Below, one piece after another: positions 34,958-47,273 of a stretch of DNA of 64,000 nt. The translations under genes were made by a program, and so were the position numbers. The DNA is taken from the NCBI GenBank assembly GCA_032718475.1, contig JAUCBJ010009132.1, forward strand, positions 62,001 to 126,000. Direction: 5' to 3'. The notes below the pieces were generated by a model. It was not told the origin of the DNA. It was given only the letters and a program-made list of their open reading frames with translations, and did no database searches. This stretch comes from Nemertoderma westbladi (lineage: Eukaryota > Animalia > Xenacoelomorpha). The first letter of the stretch is position 1; each line of letters begins with the position of its first letter.

Positions 34958-36688
34958 TCAGATAAGGAAGACCTCGTCCAAGCTAGCCTGACTGGGGAGG
35001 GTGCCAAGAACTGCTACTGCATTCCCTCGGATGGTGGCTATTGAAAGGCGTTGAAACAGGTATGCAGTGGAACGGGGTTCCCCTGTCCGATTGCTGATCC
35101 TGCGCCCTATTTCGCGAAGTGTTTCAGTGCCTTCGACTCCTACCGGTCCCAGGGTTTCTGTCGCAATGGTACGGAATATATAGTTGTGTTGCAGGGCTGC
35201 ATACTTAGAGCCTTTGGTTGATTCGGCGATGGTTGCTGCTGTTCCTGCTTCCTGGGATGTGGCTGGTAGATACGTTTGGGCCAACGTATCACGACAGGTG
35301 TAGTCCCACACTAGTGGGCGGCCTGAAGACCAGGGGCCCAATGTCACTCCGTCTGGTTTCTTGCCATCTATGGCTAGGCCGCGGGGCTCTAGTGTGGAGG
35401 AAACACCTGCTGATGAGAGGGCTCGGTGTATTATGTCATTGGCCTCAGCATGACGGGTGTATTTTCCATAATTATGGAGACAGCTGAGGCCGTGGGTTCC
35501 ACTCCTGTCCACCAACACCCCACAACCTCTACAGGAATGCTCTTCACATATGGGGCTACCGAGGCGGAGGGCGACTCCTATGCGTAGCTCATCGTCGTTG
35601 AGCCTAAGTCCTAGCGCTGATACAGGGAGTGCCTGCAGCCAGTCGCCAGAATGATCCGCTCTCGTCGCTAGCAGTCGTGCCCTATCCTTTGGAGTTGATG
35701 TTCGATTGATGAGGTCATCACGGCGTTCTATGCAAAGTGGGGTGTCCCAGTTCCTCTGAATGGCACGGTTGGTAGGTGGCATGAAGTCTTTGGGAAGGTT
35801 GTTGATCGCAATGCATAGGAGTGGATCTTCAATGCTAATCAAACTGGCGGGCAAGAGAGAATGGAGTAGGGGACTGCATCCGTAGACAGAAGCCAAGAAG
35901 GCAGGTATAGCGACGTCCCTCGTACTCCGGACTCCCAGGCCCCCCATAGAAATGGGAAGGGCTGATTGGATCCAAGCATCCTTGTTGAGTTTTGTGTTGA
36001 TTGCTACTTCAAGTGCTTGCTGGATGGCTCGGTCGAGATCATCCAGCTGGTCCGATCTGAAGGCTGGTGCACAACGTAGGAGGTACATAAACTTAGGGAT
36101 TGCAAAGCAGTGCCTAAGCAGATAGAGGGCATCGTGTGCACTCAGAAGCTGAAGACGCTCTTCTAGTCTACCGAGTTCAGATATCTTGGTCTGTAGCGCA
36201 GTCTCTAGGGACGAATCACCGAGTGGTGCACCGAGTAGTGACGATTCCGAAAGCTCCTGAACCTTAATGCCTGGGGTGATGGATTCGAATAAGCTAGAAG
36301 TTGCATCCTTGAGACTGTCGGGGAAGTGCTTACCGAATATCATTTCACACTTTGATGCCTTGATCACTAGGCCCAACTTGGCAGCCTCCTCGATGATTCT
36401 CCTCAAGTCAGCTCCGACCTCCTCGACTGTCCCTCCCAATGATCCGTCGTCGAGAAACCACACATTCAGTGGAGATTCAAGACTGTCAACCAGCTCAATT
36501 GTATCACTGCTAAAGAAAAGGGATGCAAGGGGATCACCCTGCTGCACCCCATTATCTGACGGGATTATAGAGCCTCTATAGAATAGGTGAGTTGGTTTGG
36601 AATACGACTGGTATGCGAGGTTGTAGAGGGGTGGGAGGTTATTAAGTACCGACCTCAGGACAGGCCCTCTGTGAACGCTGTTAAAGGC
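34958..36688 (-). mobile_element. 5'-truncated CRE-like non-LTR retrotransposon: RT (partial), zinc knuckle, restriction-like endonuclease
   Basis: AFNSV…VQQGDPL…WFLDDG…LLGAPLG…GGLGVR…CRGC-x8-HGLSC…RH…KPDG…LVWD; the frame is open from ~36688 to the stop at 34958. Confidence 0.88.
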
Positions 36689-37011
36689 TATTTGCTATTG
36701 ATGAACTATGGATCAAAGTTCACTGACAGCAGTTTGTTCGTTATTATTGCTATTAATAAAAAGCTCGGCATTGGAGGAGGAAGCTGCTACGCTGTGTGTG
36801 AATAAACTTTTGAGCTGCCCAATGTCCCCAACAGAGCAACGAATTCATTAGCAAAGTCGACAGCTGTAACATCAGTTTTGCAGATATGATCCACGTCTCC
36901 TGTTGTACCCGAAACTTTATAGCATTTAGTGTATCTCTCTCTCTAAATAATTATACAATAATAATGAAAATTCGTGAGATTAAAGTAGGTTCTACAGTAG
37001 TATCCAAACAA

Positions 37012-38427
37012 CTACTACTACTACTAGGATCGGCATGCTGCATTGCAGCTGCATTTTTAAGAATGCTGTGCCGGCTTGTCGACAAAATTGCTCCGCCACA
37101 ACTCCCTATCACCCATGACATTTGCTAGATCATCAAGGCCAGTGTCCTTTAAGATGCATCTCAAGAAAGTCATGGGCTGTCCACCATGCTTATTCACTCC
37201 ATGAGGCTACCAAAGTACAAGATTATGCACTGGCTGGTCCTCACGGCGAAAGCAATGTCCTGCAAAGCGGAGGCGATTTTGTTCTAGTGTCAAGCTTGGG
37301 GGAACCAATGAGACACCTCCAATGTTATATAGTGTCCGGTTGTAGACACAACGAACCCGGCGTAGCATTCTTGTATATGTGCCATCCAGAGATTTGGTGT
37401 CCTCAGCAGTTAGAGCCTAAATGCTGCTCTAAATAATCGGACCTTAAGTTTCCGATTAATTCTCGGTGACTTCCAAATCCTGGAAAGCCTATTCAAGGCT
37501 GCCCATCCCTTTCCCTTACGTATTCGAAGGTCCTCACCTGACTTCCGGATCCATGATCCCAGGTAACAGAAGTCGTCCACATGCTCAAGCATACCATCCT
37601 TTGAGCTTAAGCTCATCCGATCAGAGACTTGCTGAGGACTTTCAAAGTTAACTGTCAAAATTTTGGTCTTTCTGGAGTTAATAAAAAGACCAACACTAGA
37701 AGCAGCATGTTCTAATGAGCTGAGGAGCCGTTGGGCTCCCTCTAATGTTTCTCAGAGTACTCCTAAGTACTTCTGGAGCCAGTAGGTGGAGTTATCATCA
37801 CCCCATCATCTTTATGATGATCTAAGGACATGCGTAGAACATAGTCAACCACAATAATGAACAAGAATGGTGCAAGTGTGTCTCCTTGGAGGACGCCCCA
37901 TAACACTTCAAATGGTTCTGTGTCACCGTTAACAGTAGACACAAATGTTGTCGAACCATCGTATACTGATCTGATTGCTGAAATAATTTCATCAGGAATC
38001 CCATATAATGAAAGTATGCTGAACATACGTGAGCGAGAGACTGAATCAAAGGCCTTGAAGAAGTCAACAAAGATAACAGCCAGATGCCTGTCTTTCTTTT
38101 TTGATAATTCTTCAATTATCCTTCTAAGTGCCAAAATGGGCTCCATGGTCCCACGACCTTTACGGAACCCATTCTAATTTCCACGGAGCAGTCTCTCAAT
38201 GGGATCCCTGATGCGATTTAATATAATTCTATTGTATAGCTTTGCAGCAATCGAGATCAATGAGATCCCCCTAAAAGAACCATAGAGTGTTAGGGTGCCC
38301 TTCTTGGGAACTGGCACCAACTTATTTGTTTTCATTTCTTGTGGGACTCTTGTTGTTCGGTACATGTCTACTATGATGGGATAGATGAGCTTTAAACACT
38401 CAGGTATTTTAAAGACCTCAGGGGGGA
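37012..38427 (-). mobile_element. 5'-truncated, degenerate RTE-clade LINE (family D), (TAG)n tail
   Basis: FRGISL, FVDFFKAFDS, VLQGDTLAPFLF, YLGSWI; 11-bp TSD TATCCAAACAA at 37001-37011 and 38428-38438. Confidence 0.9.
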
Positions 38428-38463
38428 TATCCAAACAAACCAGTGGAATACAACCAAAGTAAG

Positions 38464-38984
38464 GAGGTAATTGTTGCTGGCATTAGATTATTATATTGTG
38501 ACACAGAAGCTCAGGTACTCTCACCAGGTGGTGAAACTGAGTTCTTCTCAATCCTGGCTGGCGTACTGCAAGGTGACACATTGGCGCCTTTATTATTCGT
38601 AATTGTACTGGATTACGCAATGACGACGGCCACAAAGGGTGTAGATCTGGGATTCAAACCACAAGAATGCAGAAGTAGAAGATATCCGGCAACTACAGTC
38701 ACAGACACCAAAAGCAGCAGATATTCGTCAACTACAGTCACAGACACCGACTTTGAGGATGACATCGCCCTGCTCTCTAATACGCTAGCAGATTCACAGT
38801 TTCTACTAAATAAAGTGGAGAGGGCTGCTAAGGGTAAGGATGTTGGATTGCATATAAATGTTACCAAGACAGAATTCATGACTTTTAATGTTAATGGAAA
38901 CTTGTCAACAATTGATAATAATCAACTGAGGAAGGTTGACGACTTCCAGTACCTTGGGTCATGGATAGAGAGTAGCAAAAAGAC

Positions 38985-39025
<41 letters not shown>

Positions 39026-39645
39026 GCCCATAGGACTCGTATAATATCCAATATAATGATGTAATAAATTTAAACCTATACCTAACACGATTAAACTAAA
39101 ATATTTAATGATTTAATGACATAGATGTTAGGAAAACAAAGGCATGGATAGCTCTATCAAAAATGGATACCATCTGGAAATAAGATCTCTCCAGGCACCT
39201 GAAGACTAAGTTCTTTCGAGCCACAGTAGAAAGTGCATTTTTATAAGGGGGTAAGACATGGACACTGACGAAATCACTTGAACAACGAATTGATGGTTGC
39301 TATACAAGACTAATAAATAAGGGCATTCCTAAACATCAGCTGGAGACAACACATGACAAACGCCGAGCTTTATGGTACAATACCACCTGTATCAACCACC
39401 CTCCGTGAACGCAGATTAAGATTCAGTGGGCACTGCTGGCGAAGCAAAGACGAGGTCATAACAGATCTACTTTTCTGGCAACCGACTCATGGAAAGCGTA
39501 GTCATGGACGACCGGCCATAACATATGGATCAACTTGAAAGGGATACTGAACTTGGGAGAAACGAAATTGCGACAACTATGGAGAATCGGGAAGCCTGGA
39601 AGGATCTCATTTCCACTGTCCGAGCTTGCTCGACCTAGTACGTGT
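38464..39645 (+). mobile_element. Second copy of RTE family A (degenerate), inverted relative to 27680-30352
   Basis: Near-identical peptide (LYCDTEAQVLSP…LQGDTLAPLLF…); internal TTVTDT duplication; stops and frameshifts. Confidence 0.9.
38987..39117 (-). mobile_element. Short retroposed insert with a (TCAA)n tail inside the RTE-A copy
   Basis: (TTGA)n run on the + strand; GACAT duplicated at 38982-38986 and 39118-39122; absent from the other family-A copy. Confidence 0.7.
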
Positions 39646-39778
39646 AGTAAACAAAGAAACGTATTATTAGGTAATTCATAGGCTTTATTATATTATATAT
39701 CCTCCCGATAAATTTGTAACTGTTGCTAATTAATTTACTATTTCAGCGTTAATTTCTGCAATTCTCAATTTCATTCAG

Positions 39779-39832
39779 GTCGCTGATTCAGGTCTAAACA
39801 CTGAATACTTCGATTTTATTGTCACTTCACTG
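39779..39832 (+). CDS. GRIK: 54-nt exon of the kainate-type iGluR, phase 0-0
   Basis: ttcattcAG|…|GTAAGT; VADSGLNTEYFDFIVTSL resembles GluK 'ALAMGMMTEYYHYIFTTL' and follows directly from the previous exon's VLRQ. Too short for the ORF track. Confidence 0.88.
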
Positions 39833-40587
39833 GTAAGTTAGCACCTTTGTATGTACCATATAATTATAATTACCGTGCCTTACTTACGAATTGCCATGAA
39901 CTTATTTACGCCATATTATTAATTCCGTTATTCGCCAATATTCATTTATTACTATTAAAGTGCAATTTACTATATAACAGGTTAGAGCGTCCCATACTGA
40001 GTTGCCAGCAAGGGGCTTGTTATATGTTTATGGCGGGTTTATTTAGAATTGAAACTCGGCGCATATGTATATATCTTCTATATTTGATATTAATGTTTAA
40101 CAAAGATATTTTCTTATTACATTTACATTGTGTAAATGAGGTTTATGTAAACTTTGCTGTAAATATCCTAGCCAGTATCTATGGCAACTATATTCGCCCA
40201 TTTTTGTCGCAAAAGAAAATAATATTATTAAAATCTAAGCCAAATCTTCTTCGAAAAACTAAATATAAACCTATTAGACTTTCATTGTTAATTCTTTTAC
40301 AGATCTTAATACCGCAAGTATTCATCCTAAATCAAATTCACTTTTTCCATACTATAATCACTGCCACTGCTGTATTAATAGATTTCCTACTCGCAATATG
40401 GCTTGTTACAAAACAATACGGTAAATTAGAATGTAGAAAACCCACAGGTTTAGTAGGTTTAGTATGTTTAGTATTAACTATACAATTAGCGTCACAATTG
40501 TCGGTACATAACCGTTTTACTGTTACAGCACACGCCTACAATATAAAAGTACTTAGTCCCAATAGAAGTTACTCAGGTTCTTTACTT

Positions 40588-41175
40588 TACTACTACTACT
40601 ACTAGGATCGGCATGCTGCATTGCAGCTGCATTTTTAAGAATGCTGTGCCGGCTTGTCAACAAAATTGCGCCGCCACAACTCCCTATCACCCATGACATT
40701 TGCTAGATCATCCGCATCTTTAAGGCCAGTGTCCTTTAAGATGCGTCTCAAGAAAGTCATGGGCTGTCCACCATGCTTATTCACTCCATGAGGCTGCCAA
40801 AGTACAAGATTATGCACTGGCTGGTCCTCACGGCGAAAGCAATGTCCTGCAAAGCGGAGGCGATTTTGTTCTAGTGTCAAGCTTGGGGGAACCAATGAGA
40901 CACCTCCAATGTTATATAGTGTCTGGTTGGAGATGTGTGCATTGTACTTGACACAATGTACCCGGCGTAGCATTCTTGTGAATGTGCCATCCAGAGATTT
41001 GGTGTCCTCAGCAGTTAGAGCCCAGCATGGACTCCCATAGAGGAGTACTGGAACTACTGCTGCTCTAAATAATCGGACCTTAAGTTTCCGATTAATTCTA
41101 GGTGACTTCCAAATCCTGGAAAGCCTATTCAAGGCTGCCCATGCCTTTCCCTTACGTATTCGAAGGTCCTCACCT
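40588..41175 (-). mobile_element. 5'-truncated RTE family D copy with a (TAG)n tail
   Basis: Matches 37012-37540; 12-bp TSD GGTTCTTTACTT at 40576-40587 and 41176-41187; intact C-terminal ORF 40635-41132. Confidence 0.92.
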
Positions 41176-41317
41176 GGTTCTTTACTTAGTCCACGCCAAA
41201 CAGTCCCAAGAGTGCACCAAGTAACTCATATGCTCACACAATTTTTTATAAGTTTAGGTACCTATAATAGTTTACATATCAGGCAACATTTTAGCAAACA
41301 TATTCGCCCAATGCAAT

Positions 41318-41341
41318 GATATAGAAACTAACCCGGGACCT
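41318..41341 (+). other. 2A-like StopGo motif DIETNPG|P
   Basis: GAT ATA GAA ACT AAC CCG GGA CCT, in frame with the endonuclease ORF at 41408; fits D(V/I)ExNPGP. Confidence 0.85.
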
Positions 41342-42046
41342 AAAGGTACACAGCCAACTAAGACGAACAATCGACCTAATACACAATGTATAACAGTAAC
41401 CGACTACATGACACAAAATCTTAACGGGGTAAATTTCATTTTAATCAACACCCGCAGTTTAGTGAAAAATTATGAAGAATTAAAACAATTAATTATGTCT
41501 CTTAACCAGTACGCAATAATTGGAGTAACAGAAACATGGTTAAAGCGGAAACATAGTAAACAATCTATTTCAATACCTGGATATGTACATTACCGTAACG
41601 ATAGGAGGAAAAGAAAGGGAGGAAATAGTTATTTATATTCCAGAAAACTTGCCGCATAAAGTAAAGCAGGACATCCAAAATAAAAACTGCAAATCTGCAT
41701 ATGAGTCACTTTGGATAGAAATCGATACCAGTATTCTATTCGGCGTAGTATATCGACCCCCCAAAAATGTATCTTTTCTTGAAGATTTTCTTGAAGAAAC
41801 GGAAAATGCACTGAACTACAATTATAGTAATACAATCATAGCAGGTGACTTTAATTGTGATATGTTAGATAAAAATAATGTGAAAGTGAAGGAACTTGAA
41901 AACTATATGATTACTTATAATCTAGACCTACTTAACGAACTTACCCCAACACGATATGGCAATGGGAAAAACAAAAACTCATTACTTGACTTATACCTCA
42001 CTACCTCCCATAATAAATCCATTTATAATTCAATAACAACACCGAG

Positions 42047-45000
42047 AGAAAGCCGCCCCAATATTAGATTATTACAACAACATATCCATTGGGTAAGAAA
42101 GTGGAGGAGAGCCAGCCCGTCTCTTAATTTTTTACTTTATATTACGCGATCAATTTTCACTCATCTCGTCATGAACCCAACATGTATGTAACCTTTTGTT
42201 AAATTTGTTGGCTATGCGTTTGCGGTTGTTTGGGCGGTGTGTGGTAGGCCTACACTTTTCACACTTAAATATTTTGGTTGTGAAATGTTACAGGGCATAG
42301 CGATCTGAGATATTTCATTTATATTTTATTATGAGAGGAAGAAGAACATACAACGTTATTTACTATGTAACAAAATAATTGTTTTCGGGTTTAACTTGGA
42401 AGCCTCCCCAAATAGTTGATATACAATTATATTTAAAATTATTTCCATGGTCATGGTCATTCACCCGTCTTTAGTTAGAAATTTGTTTGCATGAAAGACA
42501 GTTTAGTTTAGTTTTTACTGATTTATTATCTCTTATCTGACTGGGGTAATAATAAAGGATAGGATAAATGGAAGCAAAGTGTGACAGTAACAAATATTTC
42601 CCCGTCACCCTAGCATGTCTTAAGTATATGATATATCAAAGGGGGAAGTTTGGATTCACTGCATAAATGCAGTTCACCAAACTTCCCCCGAATGCACACT
42701 GTAACTTCCCCCTTCCCCCAAATATCCACTGTTGAATTAATTTGAAGCGATATAATAAGTACAAAATTGTGCGAGTTTTTAATTGTGTGGTCCAATTGTT
42801 ATTTGATTTCTATTTATTATTTAAAGTGCATTTAATATCACACTGGTTTTTAGAATATTATACTATACAACCTTATGTTTTATAAATTTACCCAATCGAA
42901 GCCTCATAAGGGCCGGTTATTTTTACGCATATGCCCTAATGCGCTCAGTAAGGTTCAAACAACATATTAATATGAAAATAAAGTATCTGCAAAGAAAATA
43001 ACCCAATACTATATAATTTGACCTTATTAAAAAATTTGCACTTTTGCACACTTATTTGTACAAATGCACTTTAGCAGATCGTAATGGTGGCTCTTATTTA
43101 ACAAACTTATGTTTATCCTCTACCGATCTACGATGGTGCATGATCAAGTGTCAGTCGCTAAAAGTGTCAAAAATCCAATTTAATAAATCTGGATTTGCGA
43201 TTTTGGACCATATTCATGGACATTTTAAGTCACTTTATAGACATAAAAAGTTAAACAAATGTTACGATTATAGTTAGAAATCATTCCAAACTACATTTTA
43301 ATCCAAAAAATAACATTCTACGATGAATAGAACTGGAAATAATAGTGTTTGAAATATCGAAAAAATGTTCACTATTTAAGTGCATTTTGCACTAAGTGCA
43401 CATAAGTATTTTCCCAAGTTTTATCCTATTTCACACACTACAATCTATCCTCTATCCAATGAAAAAAGTTTCAGATTAAACGGCCCTGTAGAACCGAAGT
43501 TATTTATGTTTAAAAATAGTCACTCGAAAATTTCAAATTCTCTTGGTCACATAGTCTAGTGGTTATCAATCACGTTAATGAAACCTAAGTTCGCGGGTTC
43601 GAAATCCAATATTGACCTGACCATTCTTAATTTTTTTGCAAAAAAAATTATTTTTATTTTTTCACTAAAATCGCTCTAACTTCGGTTCTGGTGGTCCAAA
43701 TTCAATAAAATTGGTATATTCTTTGCCGTAATTTTTTTCTTAATCTTTTGAGAAGGGGTTATTTTTGGCCCCAAAAAAATTAAAAAAAGGGCCAAAATAA
43801 CGCGATATTTTTCGACCCTTAAAATTCGTAATTTTAATTATATATGTTAAGATAAAAGATAGCGGAGTTAATTTGATACTTTTTACAGGTACTTTTGGCG
43901 CAATACGCTAAATTATAATGGAATAGCGATTTGTTAAATAAAAAAAATTTTCGTCCCTTTTTATAAATATTATATTTCACACGATCGCCTGCCGCTCCAG
44001 TTTTATAATACCTCCGGCGCTGTGATTAACGCTGTTAGATAGATAATTTACCGCACTATAAGTCTGTGTAAACAAATCTCCCGCAAGTTAAGTAGTTTTC
44101 GAGCTAGACGATTTCCCGCGAAGCAAGTTTGAAGCGCGAAAGTATAATTTTGGCCCTAATTTTTTTAATATCATCCTTGGAGCAAAACCGATAGCATATT
44201 TGAATTCCCCGTATGGATATTGACTGTATAGAATGTACCTTAACCAACTAAAGTTAAAAATAAAAAATTATTCAATAAAAACTACTTTACAAATTCTGGC
44301 CCTTTTTGGCCCCTATTGCCGACATATTTTTTGTACCCCCATTCGATAGGAACGTAGCCCCAATGGTCTTCTACGAGTTTCATAAAAGAATTAGTGGATT
44401 CCTACCCGCGTTGTCGAATTAAACATTTCGGAAATAAGTTTTCCAAAAAAGACGGACAAAAACGTACAAATTTACAGCCCCTTTTTCCACCCGAAATTTT
44501 AATAAATATCTTACCCCCATTCGATACGAAGGTAGTACCACTCTTCCCCTTTCCAACCGCGTTACTTTCGTCCCCGTACGATTAATATTAGCCGAGTTAT
44601 AGCGGATCCCGCAAAGTCATTTTGTCCGTTTTTTCAACTTTGACGGACATTTTCGGAAAAAAGGCGTGGTAATCTTTTTTGAAAAAAAAAACGAATTCAC
44701 TAATTAATCCCTTCTATCGTATCCCGGCGTCGGCTAAGCAATAACCTAGGGTTTTTTCGAGCCACTGTAGAGCGCCTTTCAAAAAAATTTTAAAATTGTC
44801 GAAAAAATGACGGTTTTTTGTCCGCCGTGTCCGTCGAAGGGTTAGATTTAATAATGTTAGAGTTGCTAATATCTTAGAATTCCGAGCCGCTCCCCTGGTG
44901 AGAAAATAAAAAAATTTGGTCAGTTCCTTCATCGAAAAGTCCCCCAGAATCCCAAGTTAACCTATATAGTTAGCGATGGCCTGCGGCTTTAGGAGCGGCC

Positions 45001-45066
45001 GCGGTATTCACCTCCCTCATAGCGGCCGCGGCGGTGTTGCGTCAAATGGAGAAATATTTATCCCAC
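42047..45066. mobile_element. 3.02-kb non-coding CGAG-bounded element, copy 1
   Basis: CGAG at 42043-42046 and 45067-45070; removing it restores the LINE frame SITTP|SGFSDH; near-identical to 47274-50294. Confidence 0.9.
43545..43617 (+). pseudogene. tRNA-like cassette (Pol III A/B boxes) in element copy 1
   Basis: GGTCA…TGACC ends, 73 nt, TAGTCTAGTGG and GGTTCGAAA; anticodon arm does not pair. Confidence 0.6.
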
Positions 45067-47273
45067 CGAGTGGCTTCTCTGACCACGATTATGTATTATT
45101 ACATTGTGACACGAAGCTAAGCGCGACACCCACGTCCAAAAAAAGTAGCATAAGAATAACATACAGAGATTATAAACAGTTCTCAGAAAAAATTTTCTTG
45201 CAGGATATATCGCAAATAAATTGGGCCCCACTATACAATAACGCGGACATTGACAAATCATATAATTACTTCGAACATGAAATTGAAAACGTACTAAACA
45301 GACATGCTCCTATAACAACAAAAACAATAACAGAAAACAGAACTAAGAACACTACAAACAAAAATGCATGGGAAACACAGGAACTAAAACAACTAAATAA
45401 ACAAAAAATGGACTCACTATATATCTGGAGAACAACTAAAACTGATGATGATTATGCAAACTTTAAGACGAATAGAAATAAATACAATAACTTAAATCGC
45501 ACATTAAAAAATAATTATATGAAATCAAAATTTGCTGGGGCAAAAAATGCAAAATCACGCTGGAAAATAATTAACTCAATTTTAAATAAAAAAAGTACGA
45601 GCGATATGATTAATACAATAAAAACTAAAAATGGAAAAATTGAACACGGTTGCAAAATAATAGCTAATATACTCAACTCTACATTTTTAACACTGGGACT
45701 ACAGACTAGAAATATCACAAAACAAACACTACCTGTTAACACACATACTCCATTGTGCAATGATACTTTTTCATTTCACAATATCACTGTAACTGATCTC
45801 TTAACCATCTTGGATAAACTAAATACGAATAAATCTGCTGGTCCCTCCACAATTCCCCCACGCATAATAAAATTAATTAAGACAAAAATAGCCTACCCAT
45901 TAACATATATAATAAACCAAAGTTTAACCACATCGAAGTTCCCCTCAAACTTAAAAATGACTAATATTACCCCTGTTTTCAAAAAGGGAGATAGAGAGAA
46001 TGCTACCAACTATCGCCCAATATCTGTAACATCCACATTTGCTAAAATTTTTGAAACCGTAATGCTAAACCAAATTGTATCATATATAACTAAAAATAAA
46101 ATAATCAAAAATAAACAATTCGGTTTTCGCAAAGGATATGCAACTTCTGATGCATTAATTTACACTACAGAATCATGGAAAGCAACACTAGATAGCAATA
46201 AATATGTGGCCGTTGCAGCACTGGATGTAGCAAAAGCGTTCAACTCTTTAAATCATAATATCCTATTAAACAAACTTACCCGACTCGGATTTCACACTAC
46301 TGCCACCAACCTAATAGCAAACTACTTACATGATAGGGTGCAAAGAGTCAAAATTAATAATACTCATTCTGACTGGGCTAAAATTAATCACGGCATTCCA
46401 CAGGGTACCCAAGTAGGACCTATCCTATTTATTTTATACGTAAATAACATATCCGCCTTCTCTGATTTAGATCTAATCCAATATGCTGATGACACTCTAA
46501 TATTTGCATCACATTCAAATCCTTTAACAGCAACACACAATCTATCTGAACATGTAGACAAACTGGAACGTAACCTACTAGATATAAACCTAGATCTCAA
46601 CACGGATAAGACAGAATTTATCTTACTTTCTCCAAAAACCAGAACACCGAGCATAGAAAAAATACAACTAAAAACACAGTCATACACAATTGAACAATCC
46701 ACTTCAATTAAGTACTTAGGCGTTATTATTGATATTAGACTTAACTGGCACGCCCAAATTGACCAAATTACTCACAAAATGGCCCTTGCAATATCATGCC
46801 TACGCAATGTTAAAGGACAACTACCATTGAAGACAAAATTAAATATATATAAATCTACAGTATTACCTTACCAAAATTATTGCTCAGATTTGCTAGTACC
46901 ATTACACAAACAATATGGATATAAACAAAAACTATATGAAATAGAGAAACAACAAAACTTTGGTTTACGCGTAGTCTTCAGTAAAAAGAATAGGGATTCC
47001 ACCGGCACAGAACTTCGCACTTACATTCACTGCGAGAATTTAACGCTTTAAAATTCTTTCACAAATATACGCATAACTTATCCACCCCTTTCAAACACAT
47101 AGATCTACCATACTTACCAATTACTTTGTTAACTTCTGGTTCCCACAAACTTCTAAACCCACGCACGTACAATATTAAAATTCCAAAAACTTATTCAAAT
47201 CATGGAACTTACAGTTTAACAGTGGCACTTATTAAAATATGGAATAGTATCCCCACTGAAATTAAAAAACGAG

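Larger units (their letters stand above)
40230..47273 (+). mobile_element. CR1/L2-group LINE: hydrophobic leader, 2A-like motif, APE endonuclease, RT; interrupted at 40588-41175 and 42047-45066; 5' boundary approximate
   Basis: INTRSL, GVTETWL, VVYRPP, AGDFN, LDL, SDH (endonuclease); NYRPIS, QFGFR, DVAKAF, GIPQG, QYADDT, KYLGV, IWNSIP (RT and tail); frameshifts near 41258, 41620 and 47040. Confidence 0.92.

Noticed and set aside
39847-40230. N-terminal part of the 252-aa hydrophobic ORF
   Set aside because: TTG start 14 bp after a splice donor in AT-rich intron; likely chance. Only the distal part is treated as a possible LINE leader.
44976-45066. MACGFRSG… as the true N-terminus of the 691-aa RT ORF
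   Set aside because: It derives from the inserted element's end; copy 2 has AGG instead of ATG. The real frame continues from the endonuclease at 42046.
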